Below, piece by piece: positions 25,991-33,598 of a stretch of 33,598 nucleotides of DNA. The stretch covers positions 1-33,598 of IMG/VR virus record IMGVR_UViG_3300044676_005553; one strand, written 5' to 3'. Position 1 is the first letter of the stretch. Every line of letters starts with the position of its first letter. The translations under genes and the position numbers were made by a program. The DNA comes from a virus (taxonomy: Duplodnaviria; Caudoviricetes). The notes beneath the pieces were generated by a model. The model did no database searches, had not been told where the DNA came from, and was given only the letters and a program-made list of their open reading frames with translations.

Positions 25991-27834
25991 TGCAGAAATC
26001 ACTCTTTGATGACAACCAGAAAAGCCAGCCGGCATCACAGATCATCATGGATCCATCATTCCAGGATCGATGCTATCAGGCTGAGGCAATCGCTGGCTCA
26101 TTCGAGGCCTTTGATGCAGGTGAGCCAGGTGCATTGGTCAGAGCATTCACAGGCGCTGGCAAGACTTACATGGGAGCCAGAATCTCAGCCGAGTGGCTCA
26201 ACAGGTCAGAGAGGGCTAGAGTGTTTGTGTGTGCTCATGAGCGCCAGCTGGTCAATCAGTTTCGAGATGAGCTGATTGAGTTTCTGGGCATACCAGTGGG
26301 GCTCGAGATGTCGGACGATGGGCGCATGAGCTACGGGCCAGGCTCACCTCGAGTGGTGGTCAGCTGCAGAGCAACTCTCAGGGAAGATCAGAATGGCTGC
26401 TCAAGGCTCTATAAATTCAACCGGGATGAGTTTGACTGGCTGCTCATTATGGATGAGGCACATCGGTGGGCATACTCTCTGCCGTCGTGCAGGCCAGTGC
26501 TCGAGTGGTTTGAGGCCAACAGTGAGAGCAAGAGGCTGGCGCTCACTGCCACACCTGAGAGATCAGATGGCATCAGTCTCGAGCGGATAGCGCCAGCAGT
26601 GGCTCTGGATTATCCAATGTTCTCAGCATCAGGGCCATCGGCCATTGACGATGGCTGGGCTGTGCCATTCGATCAGAAATTCATCCACGTTGAGGGCGTG
26701 GATTTTAAGAATCTCAGAGAGGTGGCTGGTGATTTCGATAAGAAAGAGCTCGAGCAGATACTGCAGGAGAAAGAGCAACTGGCCTCGATGATCAGGCCTC
26801 TGCTCGATCTCTGTGGTGATCGTCAAACAGTGATTTTCAATGCAGGCGTTGATCTGGCCAAAGCGGTGGCCAGGGCTCTCAATGCAGAGCGGTCAGTGAA
26901 CGGTGCCACACATCGTGAGGCCATGTGGCTCGATGGCTCAGTCAGCGATGAGATCAGGTCTGATGTGTTCAAGCGGCATCAGGCTGGTGAGTTCCAGTTT
27001 CTGTCAGTCTGCGGTTTATGCCGAGAGGGTTACAATGATCCAGGCATCCAGTGTATTGCCATATTCAGGCCCACAAAGAGCTCAGGGCTGGCAGAGCAAA
27101 TGATCGGCAGGGGATGCAGGCCACTCAGAGGGACTGTTGACGGGCTCGACACTGCAGAAGAGAGACGCGCGGCGATTGCCGATAGTGACAAGCCGACATG
27201 CAGGATCATCGATCTGGTGGGTGCCTCTGGCCTGGGGCAATGTGCCACCACTGCTCATCTTTATGCTATCGGCCAGGATGATGTGCCGGCTCTCGATCTG
27301 AGCGTGAGAGCCAATGAGATATTGATGGCTCAGGATGAGGATGAGGGGCCTGCTGATGTGGGGGAAGCGATCAAGAAAGCTCAATCAGAGATCAAGGCAG
27401 ACCAGGCTGCTGCCAAGCTGGCAAGAGCAGAGCAGGAGCGGATCGAGCAGGAACGAAAAAATAGAGAGGCCACCATTCTGGCTGATGTCAAGTATGAGGT
27501 GACAGGCACAGCGGCTCACAGCTCGATGAGCTCGAGCACAACAATGGCCACCAGCAAACAGATCTGGCTGCTGGGTGAGCTGGGAGTCAGCAAGGATGTG
27601 GCAAAGGGTTACACAAAGCGGCAAGCCTCGGCAGTCATCAGCAGGCTCAAAAATGGCACCAACTCTGCAGAAAAAGCGCTTGCGTCAAAATCACACAAGC
27701 GCTCTGGCAAGGCCACTGATCAACAGTTGAGGGTGCTCGAGAAGTTTGACTGGCCAGCCGGTGATGATTGCACATTTGAGCAAGCGGCGCAGGCCATCAA
27801 TGAGATCAATGAGACAGTTCTGGCACAGGAGTGA
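25990..27834 (+). CDS. SF2 DEAH-box helicase
   Basis: YQ, TGAGKT, DEAH, LTATP, EGYNDP, QMIGRG.R motifs; C-terminal duplicated AT.xQ helical motif. Confidence 0.92.
   Translation: MQKSLFDDNQKSQPASQIIMDPSFQDRCYQAEAIAGSFEAFDAGEPGALVRAFTGAGKTYMGARISAEWLNRSERARVFVCAHERQLVNQFRDELIEFLGIPVGLEMSDDGRMSYGPGSPRVVVSCRATLREDQNGCSRLYKFNRDEFDWLLIMDEAHRWAYSLPSCRPVLEWFEANSESKRLALTATPERSDGISLERIAPAVALDYPMFSASGPSAIDDGWAVPFDQKFIHVEGVDFKNLREVAGDFDKKELEQILQEKEQLASMIRPLLDLCGDRQTVIFNAGVDLAKAVARALNAERSVNGATHREAMWLDGSVSDEIRSDVFKRHQAGEFQFLSVCGLCREGYNDPGIQCIAIFRPTKSSGLAEQMIGRGCRPLRGTVDGLDTAEERRAAIADSDKPTCRIIDLVGASGLGQCATTAHLYAIGQDDVPALDLSVRANEILMAQDEDEGPADVGEAIKKAQSEIKADQAAAKLARAEQERIEQERKNREATILADVKYEVTGTAAHSSMSSSTTMATSKQIWLLGELGVSKDVAKGYTKRQASAVISRLKNGTNSAEKALASKSHKRSGKATDQQLRVLEKFDWPAGDDCTFEQAAQAINEINETVLAQE
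27649..27704 (+). repeat. Dispersed 56-bp element, copy 3
   Basis: AAAAATGGCACCAACTCTGCAGAAAAAGCGCTTGCGTCAAAATCACACAAGCGCTC. Confidence 0.95.
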
Positions 27835-28244
27835 TCATGGGACGAAAGCCAAAGACAAACAGAGTGCCAAAAACCAGAGCGGGTGGTGAGTGGACTGAGG
27901 CAGCTTTCTGGGGGTTTCTCAGATCGGCACTCAGGCAGGCCTCGAGGCGATGGCCACCAATTGTGAGGCATGTGTGGCAAGAGGATGGCGTGAGGCGTGA
28001 TAGTCAGTCAGAAAACAAGCGGCTCAAATATGAGTATTGGTGCTCATGCTGTGGTGAGTGGTTCCCAAAAAAAGAGATCCAGGTTGAGCATATCGAGCCA
28101 TGCGGAAAGTGCAGCAGCTGGGAAGAGTTTAGAGATTTTGCTGAGCGTTTATTTGTAGAGGCAGACAGGCTCAGGCTCTACTGCCGAAAATGTAATCAGG
28201 AAATGGCACTCAAGGAAAAACAAGAAAGAGAGGCGGGTCAATGA
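27831..28244 (+). CDS. HNH-like endonuclease
   Basis: CSCCG...QVEHIEP...LRLYCRKCN: Zn-binding HNH layout with divergent catalytic positions. Confidence 0.65.
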   Translation: MIMGRKPKTNRVPKTRAGGEWTEAAFWGFLRSALRQASRRWPPIVRHVWQEDGVRRDSQSENKRLKYEYWCSCCGEWFPKKEIQVEHIEPCGKCSSWEEFRDFAERLFVEADRLRLYCRKCNQEMALKEKQEREAGQ

Positions 28245-28666
28245 TATCACCAATTAAGCTGACAACAGCTGAGGCAGCCGGGGCTCTGGACTGCTCAGAG
28301 AATTACATCAAGCTCCAGGCAGGGCTCGGCAGGATCAAGATCGAGGATGGCCTGGTCAATTACGAGAGCCTGGTGGGATACTCACAGACCAGAGAGGATG
28401 ATCTCAATGCTGAGAAAGATGATCTGTGGTGGAATGAGGCAGCAGCCGATGCTGAGGATGGCAGAATCGTGGCAGTGCTGGCCTCTGAGATCGGATTGCA
28501 AGAGGCATCACAGCTGACATCTGCAGAGCCAGGCTCTCTCGAAAAGCAGGCCATCATGAGAGCCAGGGTGAGGCTCGGGCTGCCATTGCACATGGCAGGT
28601 GATGAGTGGGGTCCAAAGCGTGTAAACAACACAGCCTCATTTGCTGGCTATGGTCCAAAACTCTGA
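28241..28666 (+). CDS. Hypothetical protein with N-terminal HTH-like segment
   Basis: LTTAEAAGALDCSENYIK; ATGA coupling with the upstream gene. Confidence 0.5.
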   Translation: MISPIKLTTAEAAGALDCSENYIKLQAGLGRIKIEDGLVNYESLVGYSQTREDDLNAEKDDLWWNEAAADAEDGRIVAVLASEIGLQEASQLTSAEPGSLEKQAIMRARVRLGLPLHMAGDEWGPKRVNNTASFAGYGPKL

Positions 28667-28706
28667 GAGAGCTCTCGATCAGATAACAGAAAGCAGAGAG
28701 GTGATT

Positions 28707-29117
28707 ATGAGCGGCAAGAAAACAGTGTGTATCTTTGGGCTGATGTGGTGTGTGGCTCTGGCTGCAGGGGCAGTGATTGTGACACCAGAGGATCCTCAGC
28801 CGGAATGGCGGGAGACTCAGTGGAGCGCTCACCTGGCTCAGAGAATGGGTGCAGAGTCAGAGGTCATACTGCCAGACAGATCTCGAGCTGACATAATGAC
28901 AGAGACCACAGCCTATGAGGTTGAGTGGTCAGACAAAAAAGGCGAGTCAGTCTATCAGGCCCTGAGTTATATGCTCGAGGGCAACAAAGAGAGCGCGGGC
29001 ATCATCCTGCTCTGCAGAGGTGACTGGCAAAAAGACAGGCTGCAGCTGGCCAGGGTGGTGGCCTATCTGCAGGGGCATGGGGTGCCTATCAGGATGGAGA
29101 CAATCAAGGCAGATTGA
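28707..29117 (+). CDS. PD-(D/E)xK nuclease-like protein with N-terminal hydrophobic segment
   Basis: EVILPDRSRADI...YEVEWS.K..ESVYQALSY; N-terminal KKTVCIFGLMWCVALAAGAVIV; GAGGTG RBS. Confidence 0.55.
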   Translation: MSGKKTVCIFGLMWCVALAAGAVIVTPEDPQPEWRETQWSAHLAQRMGAESEVILPDRSRADIMTETTAYEVEWSDKKGESVYQALSYMLEGNKESAGIILLCRGDWQKDRLQLARVVAYLQGHGVPIRMETIKAD

Positions 29118-29353
29118 TAATCAAGACACACCAGGTTGAGAGCCATCCTGGCCACATAGGTCACACAGAGACCACTCAAAACTCTCAGCAGCACAACCCG
29201 TGAGCGGAATGATCTCAGAACACCTGGCCAGGCTGGCGAGAATTCGCAAACTCTCAGCCGTTAGTCAGTCAAAAAACTCACCAGGGTGCTGCTCAATCTC
29301 ATGCAAGCGTTTTGCGTGAGTCAGTCTCTTTGGGGGAAGTGCGCACCAATAAC

Positions 29354-30157
29354 ATGCAAAACACAACTCAACATCAGAAAACAACTCTGGCTCTGAGCTA
29401 TCTGAGAGCAGGTCTCTCAGTGATACCACTGGCATCAGACAGCAAGAGGCCAGAGGGTGAATGGATGCAGTATCAGCAGAAGAGAGCCACAGAGTCAGAT
29501 GTGATGGCGTGGCAGTCTGGAAACATGGGCATTGTGACAGGGCAGATCTCTGGCGTTGTGGTGGTCGATTGCGAATCAGAAGAAAACGCGCGTTGGTTTA
29601 TGACGTACAGATCAGCAGGCCTGCTGCCAGGCATGGCCAGGACACCTCGAGGCGTTCATTTGTATTACAGACACACAGGCAGCCTGGTCAAGAATGCCAC
29701 TCACATCAGAGATGATCATGGTGTGAGTCGATACGATATCAGAGGGGATGGTGGTTATGTGGTAGCGCCACCATCAGTGGTCTCAGGTAATCGGTATCAG
29801 TGGATGAGGCCAGTGAGCTCAGTGACTGACCTGCCAGAGTTTCGATCATATTGGCGACCACAGCAACCGGCTCAGGTCACATCAAAACCGACAGCAAAAA
29901 GACCTGGCCAGCATCGGAACATCTCACCAGGTGAGAGAAGAGTCAGCAATGGCGCAAACTATATCAAACACATACAGGCCATCAGTGGTCAGGATGGCCA
30001 CAAAAACACATGGCGAGCGGTCAACAGACTGAGAGACTCAGGGCTCTCAGAAGCTGAGGCACTGCAGTTGATGCTCGAGTGGAATGAGACAAACTCACAG
30101 CCAGCGTGGTCTGCCAGTGAGATCGAGTGGAAAGTGAAAGACTGTTACTCAAGATAG
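29354..30157 (+). CDS. Bifunctional primase/polymerase (Prim-Pol) with PriCT-like C-terminus
   Basis: SVIPL..SKRP, NMGIVTG, VVVDCE, TPRGVHLYY, DIRGDGGYVVAPPS; WNETNSQPAWSASEI. Confidence 0.9.
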   Translation: MQNTTQHQKTTLALSYLRAGLSVIPLASDSKRPEGEWMQYQQKRATESDVMAWQSGNMGIVTGQISGVVVVDCESEENARWFMTYRSAGLLPGMARTPRGVHLYYRHTGSLVKNATHIRDDHGVSRYDIRGDGGYVVAPPSVVSGNRYQWMRPVSSVTDLPEFRSYWRPQQPAQVTSKPTAKRPGQHRNISPGERRVSNGANYIKHIQAISGQDGHKNTWRAVNRLRDSGLSEAEALQLMLEWNETNSQPAWSASEIEWKVKDCYSR

Positions 30158-30174
30158 AGAAAGCGAGAGAAGCG

Positions 30175-30591
30175 ATGGCGAATTTTAACAATGTTATTTT
30201 GATGGGGAACATCACAAGAGATCCTCAGCTCAGATACACACCTGCAGGCACAGCCGTGATCGATATCGGGCTGGCAGTCAATCGTGTGTGGTATGATGCC
30301 GACAAGAATAAGCAAGAGAAAGCCACGTTTGTAGATATCACATTCTGGGGCAACCAGGCAGAGACACTCGGGGGATCGATTCAGAAGGGCTCACCACTCC
30401 ACATCAATGGCAGGCTCGAGCTCGAGCAGTGGGATGATAAGGAGTCAGGCCAGGCCAGGTCAAAACTCAAGGTGGTGGGCGAGGGGTTTCAGTTCCTCGG
30501 GTCAAGGCCTGCAGACAGCAACCAGGGGCAACAGCAGCAGCCACCAGCCGGCTCTCGATCACAGCCAGTGCCTGACGATCTACCCTATTGA
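30175..30591 (+). CDS. ssb: Single-stranded DNA-binding protein
   Basis: NNVILMGNITRDPQLRYTP, KGSPLHINGRL, acidic DDLPY tail. Confidence 0.95.
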   Translation: MANFNNVILMGNITRDPQLRYTPAGTAVIDIGLAVNRVWYDADKNKQEKATFVDITFWGNQAETLGGSIQKGSPLHINGRLELEQWDDKESGQARSKLKVVGEGFQFLGSRPADSNQGQQQQPPAGSRSQPVPDDLPY

Positions 30592-30639
30592 GTCAATGAC
30601 TGGCTGCGGATCATGAAATAAATTGCACAAAACAGAGAG

Positions 30640-30674
30640 CGGCATCGATACTGATGGTATCGGTGCCGTTTTTT
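30640..30674 (+). terminator. Intrinsic terminator
   Basis: CGGCATCGATAC-tgatg-GTATCGGTGCCG followed by TTTTTT. Confidence 0.85.
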
Positions 30675-30698
30675 CTTTGCGCGATATGGGGCAATTTT

Positions 30699-30995
30699 AT
30701 GCAGTGGATCCTGGCATCTGACCTGAGCATTGCAGAGGCCTCTGGTGGAATTCTGGCTCTATTAAGTATTATTGTCATTGGTCTCAAAGGCATCTCACAT
30801 CTCTCGAGGATCGAGGCCACATCAGATCACAGTCATGGCATGATCACAGATCTGAGAGAGGATCTGGCATCATTCAAAGTCAATCACAAAGAGGACTCAG
30901 ATAGGCTCTGGTCAAGGCTCTCTCAGCATGATATCGATATTGCAACTCTCAAGGCAGGTGCCAGAGGGGATGGCAACAATGATCGAGCCAAATGA
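30699..30995 (+). CDS. Small single-TM + coiled-coil protein (holin-like position)
   Basis: GGILALLSIIVIGL hydrophobic helix followed by an amphipathic coil. Confidence 0.5.
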   Translation: MQWILASDLSIAEASGGILALLSIIVIGLKGISHLSRIEATSDHSHGMITDLREDLASFKVNHKEDSDRLWSRLSQHDIDIATLKAGARGDGNNDRAK

Positions 30996-31803
30996 CAGAA
31001 CAGCCAGGCAGATGGCCAGGCTCTCAGGGATTGCATACATCAGAGGGCATCTGGCTCTCGATCTGGCTCTCGAGCTCTATTGTGAGGAGTTCCACTCTGG
31101 GGCAGAGTTCCAGTGCAGGGCGTTTGATATCCAGGCCACACACACTCAGGCCTTTGTGTTCTGGTGTGATGAGATGGCAGTGGTCTCGATCAGAGGCACA
31201 GAGCCAGAGCAGCTCAGGGATCTGCTCACAGACATCAGGCTCACTCAAGAGGCTGGGCCATTCTCATCAGATCACAGCAAGGTACATCGGGGATTCTGGG
31301 CAGCTGCCAGCTCTCTGCTCAATGAGCCAGAGTTTCTGCCGACATGCTGGGAAGCAACACGGATCGAGAAACCACTCTTTGTGACGGGTCACTCTCTGGG
31401 GGGTGCAGTGGCCACTCTGGTCTCAGCATCACTGGCTCAGGAGACACACCAGGGCCTGCAGCTTTACACATTCGGCTCACCTAGAGTGGGCAATCATGGT
31501 TTTGCGGCGCTGGCAGCCTATGCCACACCTGCTCATTTTAGGTATGTGCATGCTGATGACATCGTGACCAGGCTGCCCTGGTTGATCGGGCTCTATCGGC
31601 ACACAGGGATCCTCTGTTTTATTGACAACGGCATGAGGCTGAGCGTGAGGCCATCCATGTGGGCATATTACGTCAAGCGATACAAGACAGCACTCTCAGG
31701 CCTGATCTCGTTTGCGGGTCGGGCGTTTCGGGATCACTCGATTCTTTTATACATTGCAGCAACTGCTGCTCAACAGGAAGAGAAAGAGAATGAGCATCGA
31801 TAG
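30970..31803 (+). CDS. Class 3 lipase (alpha/beta hydrolase)
   Basis: SIRGTE, VHRGF, VTGHSLGGA (GxSxG), YTFGSPRVGN, DIVTRLP, DH. Start at 30970 or 30979. Confidence 0.92.
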   Translation: MATMIEPNDRTARQMARLSGIAYIRGHLALDLALELYCEEFHSGAEFQCRAFDIQATHTQAFVFWCDEMAVVSIRGTEPEQLRDLLTDIRLTQEAGPFSSDHSKVHRGFWAAASSLLNEPEFLPTCWEATRIEKPLFVTGHSLGGAVATLVSASLAQETHQGLQLYTFGSPRVGNHGFAALAAYATPAHFRYVHADDIVTRLPWLIGLYRHTGILCFIDNGMRLSVRPSMWAYYVKRYKTALSGLISFAGRAFRDHSILLYIAATAAQQEEKENEHR

Positions 31804-33403
31804 TATGATGTCAGATTATCAGGGGCAATTCAGTGAGTCAGACAGCAAGGGGCCAGAGTCAGAGTCAGAGTCTCGATCAGTGAGTGAGTGGGCGTTATTG
31901 GCCAGCATTACTCTCTGGCTCAGCAGCATGGCTCTCTGTTTGTATTACTCAGTGATAACAATTGCACAGCTGATAAAGTCAGCAATCAAGTCAATTGCAT
32001 TGCCGGCGCTGGCTGTGATGGCAATGCTGCCGGCTCAGTCAGATGCAGGTCAGGATGCCATTGTGCTGCTCAAGAATGCTCAGGGGCAATGCTCTGGGGT
32101 GTGTGTTGATCAGTCGGGCATCATCCTCACAGCAAAGCACTGCAAGCATGGCGAGACTGTCAGCGTTGTGTTTCAGGATGGCAGGCGAGAGACAGCGGTC
32201 AGGCTCTACAAGGGGCCAGGCCTATTTGATGGTGTGACGGTTTATGATATTCCAGGCGAGGGATGGCCAACATGCAGAGTTTCAACACAGGCACCTCGAG
32301 CGGGTGAGGATGTGTGGCTCTGTGGATATCCAGCAGGCCAGTGGAGATGCAAAAAGGGCTCAATGATCGGTGACTCAAAACATCTCACAGGCGAGCGATT
32401 CCACACAGTCACGATACCAACTCAGCCAGGCTGGTCAGGTGGTCCACTGCTCAACTCAAGGGGTGAGGTGATCGGGCTGCTCTCTCATACAGATGTGGTG
32501 ATCAGTGGGCTCTCATCTCGACCAGATCCAAATGGCAGATCATATGCTGTGGATCACTCAAGGGTGATTCAGGCATACACTCTGATCCGCAATGGTATCA
32601 GGAGCAAGCCAGGGACTCTTGAGGAGCTCGATCAGATAGCAGAGTCTGTGCCAGACGGTCTCGATCAGCCTGCCGATCTCTCAGAGTTTGATGGTGTTCT
32701 CATAGTGCTCTCAATGCCAGAATTCTTGACAGATGGCAAGGGACTCTTTGCGGATATCGCAGGGCCTGCAGCGTATGGCATACCAAAGAGACTGGTGAGC
32801 CAGGTGAGTGATGGCAGGGCTCAGTTTCTGGCCATCTCAGAGCGGTTTGATCCGGAGAAGTTCACAGCGTTCAATGAGGCTCTCGACATGCCACCAGATC
32901 GGCCAGCTGTGGTGGCATTCATACCAAAGACCAGTCAGGGCCTGGTCAAAGGTCTCATTGTCAAAAAGATTGAGAATGAGATCATCAGCAAGCTGGGGGA
33001 TGTGATATTCTCACCAGTGTTTGAGAGAGTCAGTGCTGGTGATTACCAGAGAGGCATTGAGGTGGCTCAGAGACAATACTCAGCACAGCCGGCAAATGAG
33101 CAGAGCATGCTCGACAGAGCCAAAGCAGCGGCACTGGATGAGATCACCAGCAAGATGCCAGACAAAACAGAGATTGCCTCAGCAGTTGCTGCCAAGCTCT
33201 CACCAATGCTGCCAGAGGCGATCAGCGGCAAGGTCGAGACAGCAGCCAGCTGGTGGGAAGTGTATCAGCGCGGTGGCCTGGGGCTGCTGGTGATTACAGT
33301 GCTGGGCTCTCGAGTGCATTCCCACTATCAAGGCAAAGCTCTCAGGGGCATCCTCAGCAACCTCACAGGCGATAAGGTGAATCCATCGCAACCATCAGTC
33401 TGA
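31790..33403 (+). CDS. Membrane-anchored trypsin-like (S1) serine protease
   Basis: CSGV..ILTAKHC (His), FDGVTV (candidate Asp), PGWSGGPL (Ser); hydrophobic N-terminal segments and a C-terminal GGLGLLVITVLG segment. Confidence 0.85.
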   Translation: MSIDSMMSDYQGQFSESDSKGPESESESRSVSEWALLASITLWLSSMALCLYYSVITIAQLIKSAIKSIALPALAVMAMLPAQSDAGQDAIVLLKNAQGQCSGVCVDQSGIILTAKHCKHGETVSVVFQDGRRETAVRLYKGPGLFDGVTVYDIPGEGWPTCRVSTQAPRAGEDVWLCGYPAGQWRCKKGSMIGDSKHLTGERFHTVTIPTQPGWSGGPLLNSRGEVIGLLSHTDVVISGLSSRPDPNGRSYAVDHSRVIQAYTLIRNGIRSKPGTLEELDQIAESVPDGLDQPADLSEFDGVLIVLSMPEFLTDGKGLFADIAGPAAYGIPKRLVSQVSDGRAQFLAISERFDPEKFTAFNEALDMPPDRPAVVAFIPKTSQGLVKGLIVKKIENEIISKLGDVIFSPVFERVSAGDYQRGIEVAQRQYSAQPANEQSMLDRAKAAALDEITSKMPDKTEIASAVAAKLSPMLPEAISGKVETAASWWEVYQRGGLGLLVITVLGSRVHSHYQGKALRGILSNLTGDKVNPSQPSV

Positions 33404-33598
33404 TCACATCAGCGGCACTGGTTGAGGCTCTATCAACCTGGTGGGCATTCAGAGGCTGGTCAAAGATGATCAGCTCTCTCACAGTCAGGCCAGAGGATCT
33501 CTCACCACAGGCCAGAGCACAGGCCATCTCAGCTCTGGCCAGACACAACCTCACACAGTTTCCATAGTCAGATCGAGTGGTATAGGTTCTTTTTTGGG

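Noticed and set aside
25331-27834. Type III restriction-modification system (Mod + Res)
   Set aside because: The MTase is a short solitary phage type and the helicase shows no C-terminal nuclease motif; the context is a replication module.
29303-29320. Fourth full copy of the 56-bp element
   Set aside because: Only a short GCAAGCG...TTGCGT resemblance; the 22-bp core is absent.

Overview
The window looks like a complete or near-complete ~33.6 kb temperate tailed phage (siphovirus-like) genome in its excised form: an intact attP, whose core is the 3' half of a tRNA-Val(TAC), lies mid-window. Almost every gene is on the + strand. Order: terminase, head (gpW-like, lambda-type portal, protease/scaffold, capsid), tail (with a predicted -1 frameshifted chaperone, tape measure, repeat-rich tail proteins), glycosyltransferase + methyltransferase, integration module, small early genes with an RHH regulator, a FliA/WhiG-like sigma factor, recombination/replication genes (HD hydrolase, ERF, ParB-domain, DNA MTase, SF2 helicase, HNH, Prim-Pol, SSB), and a terminal cassette of small membrane protein + class 3 lipase + membrane-anchored trypsin-like protease. 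The structural proteins resemble, from memory only, those of Planctomycetota prophages. Main unexplained signals: (1) a 56-bp palindrome-containing element present three times inside unrelated genes and in different reading frames; (2) a probable lysis cassette with lipase and protease but no recognisable endolysin; (3) no CI-type repressor, but a hairpin-dense promoter region and operator-like arrays; (4) strong CTCGAG/TCGA over-representation that is absent from the MTase gene. All calls come from motif reading without database searches.
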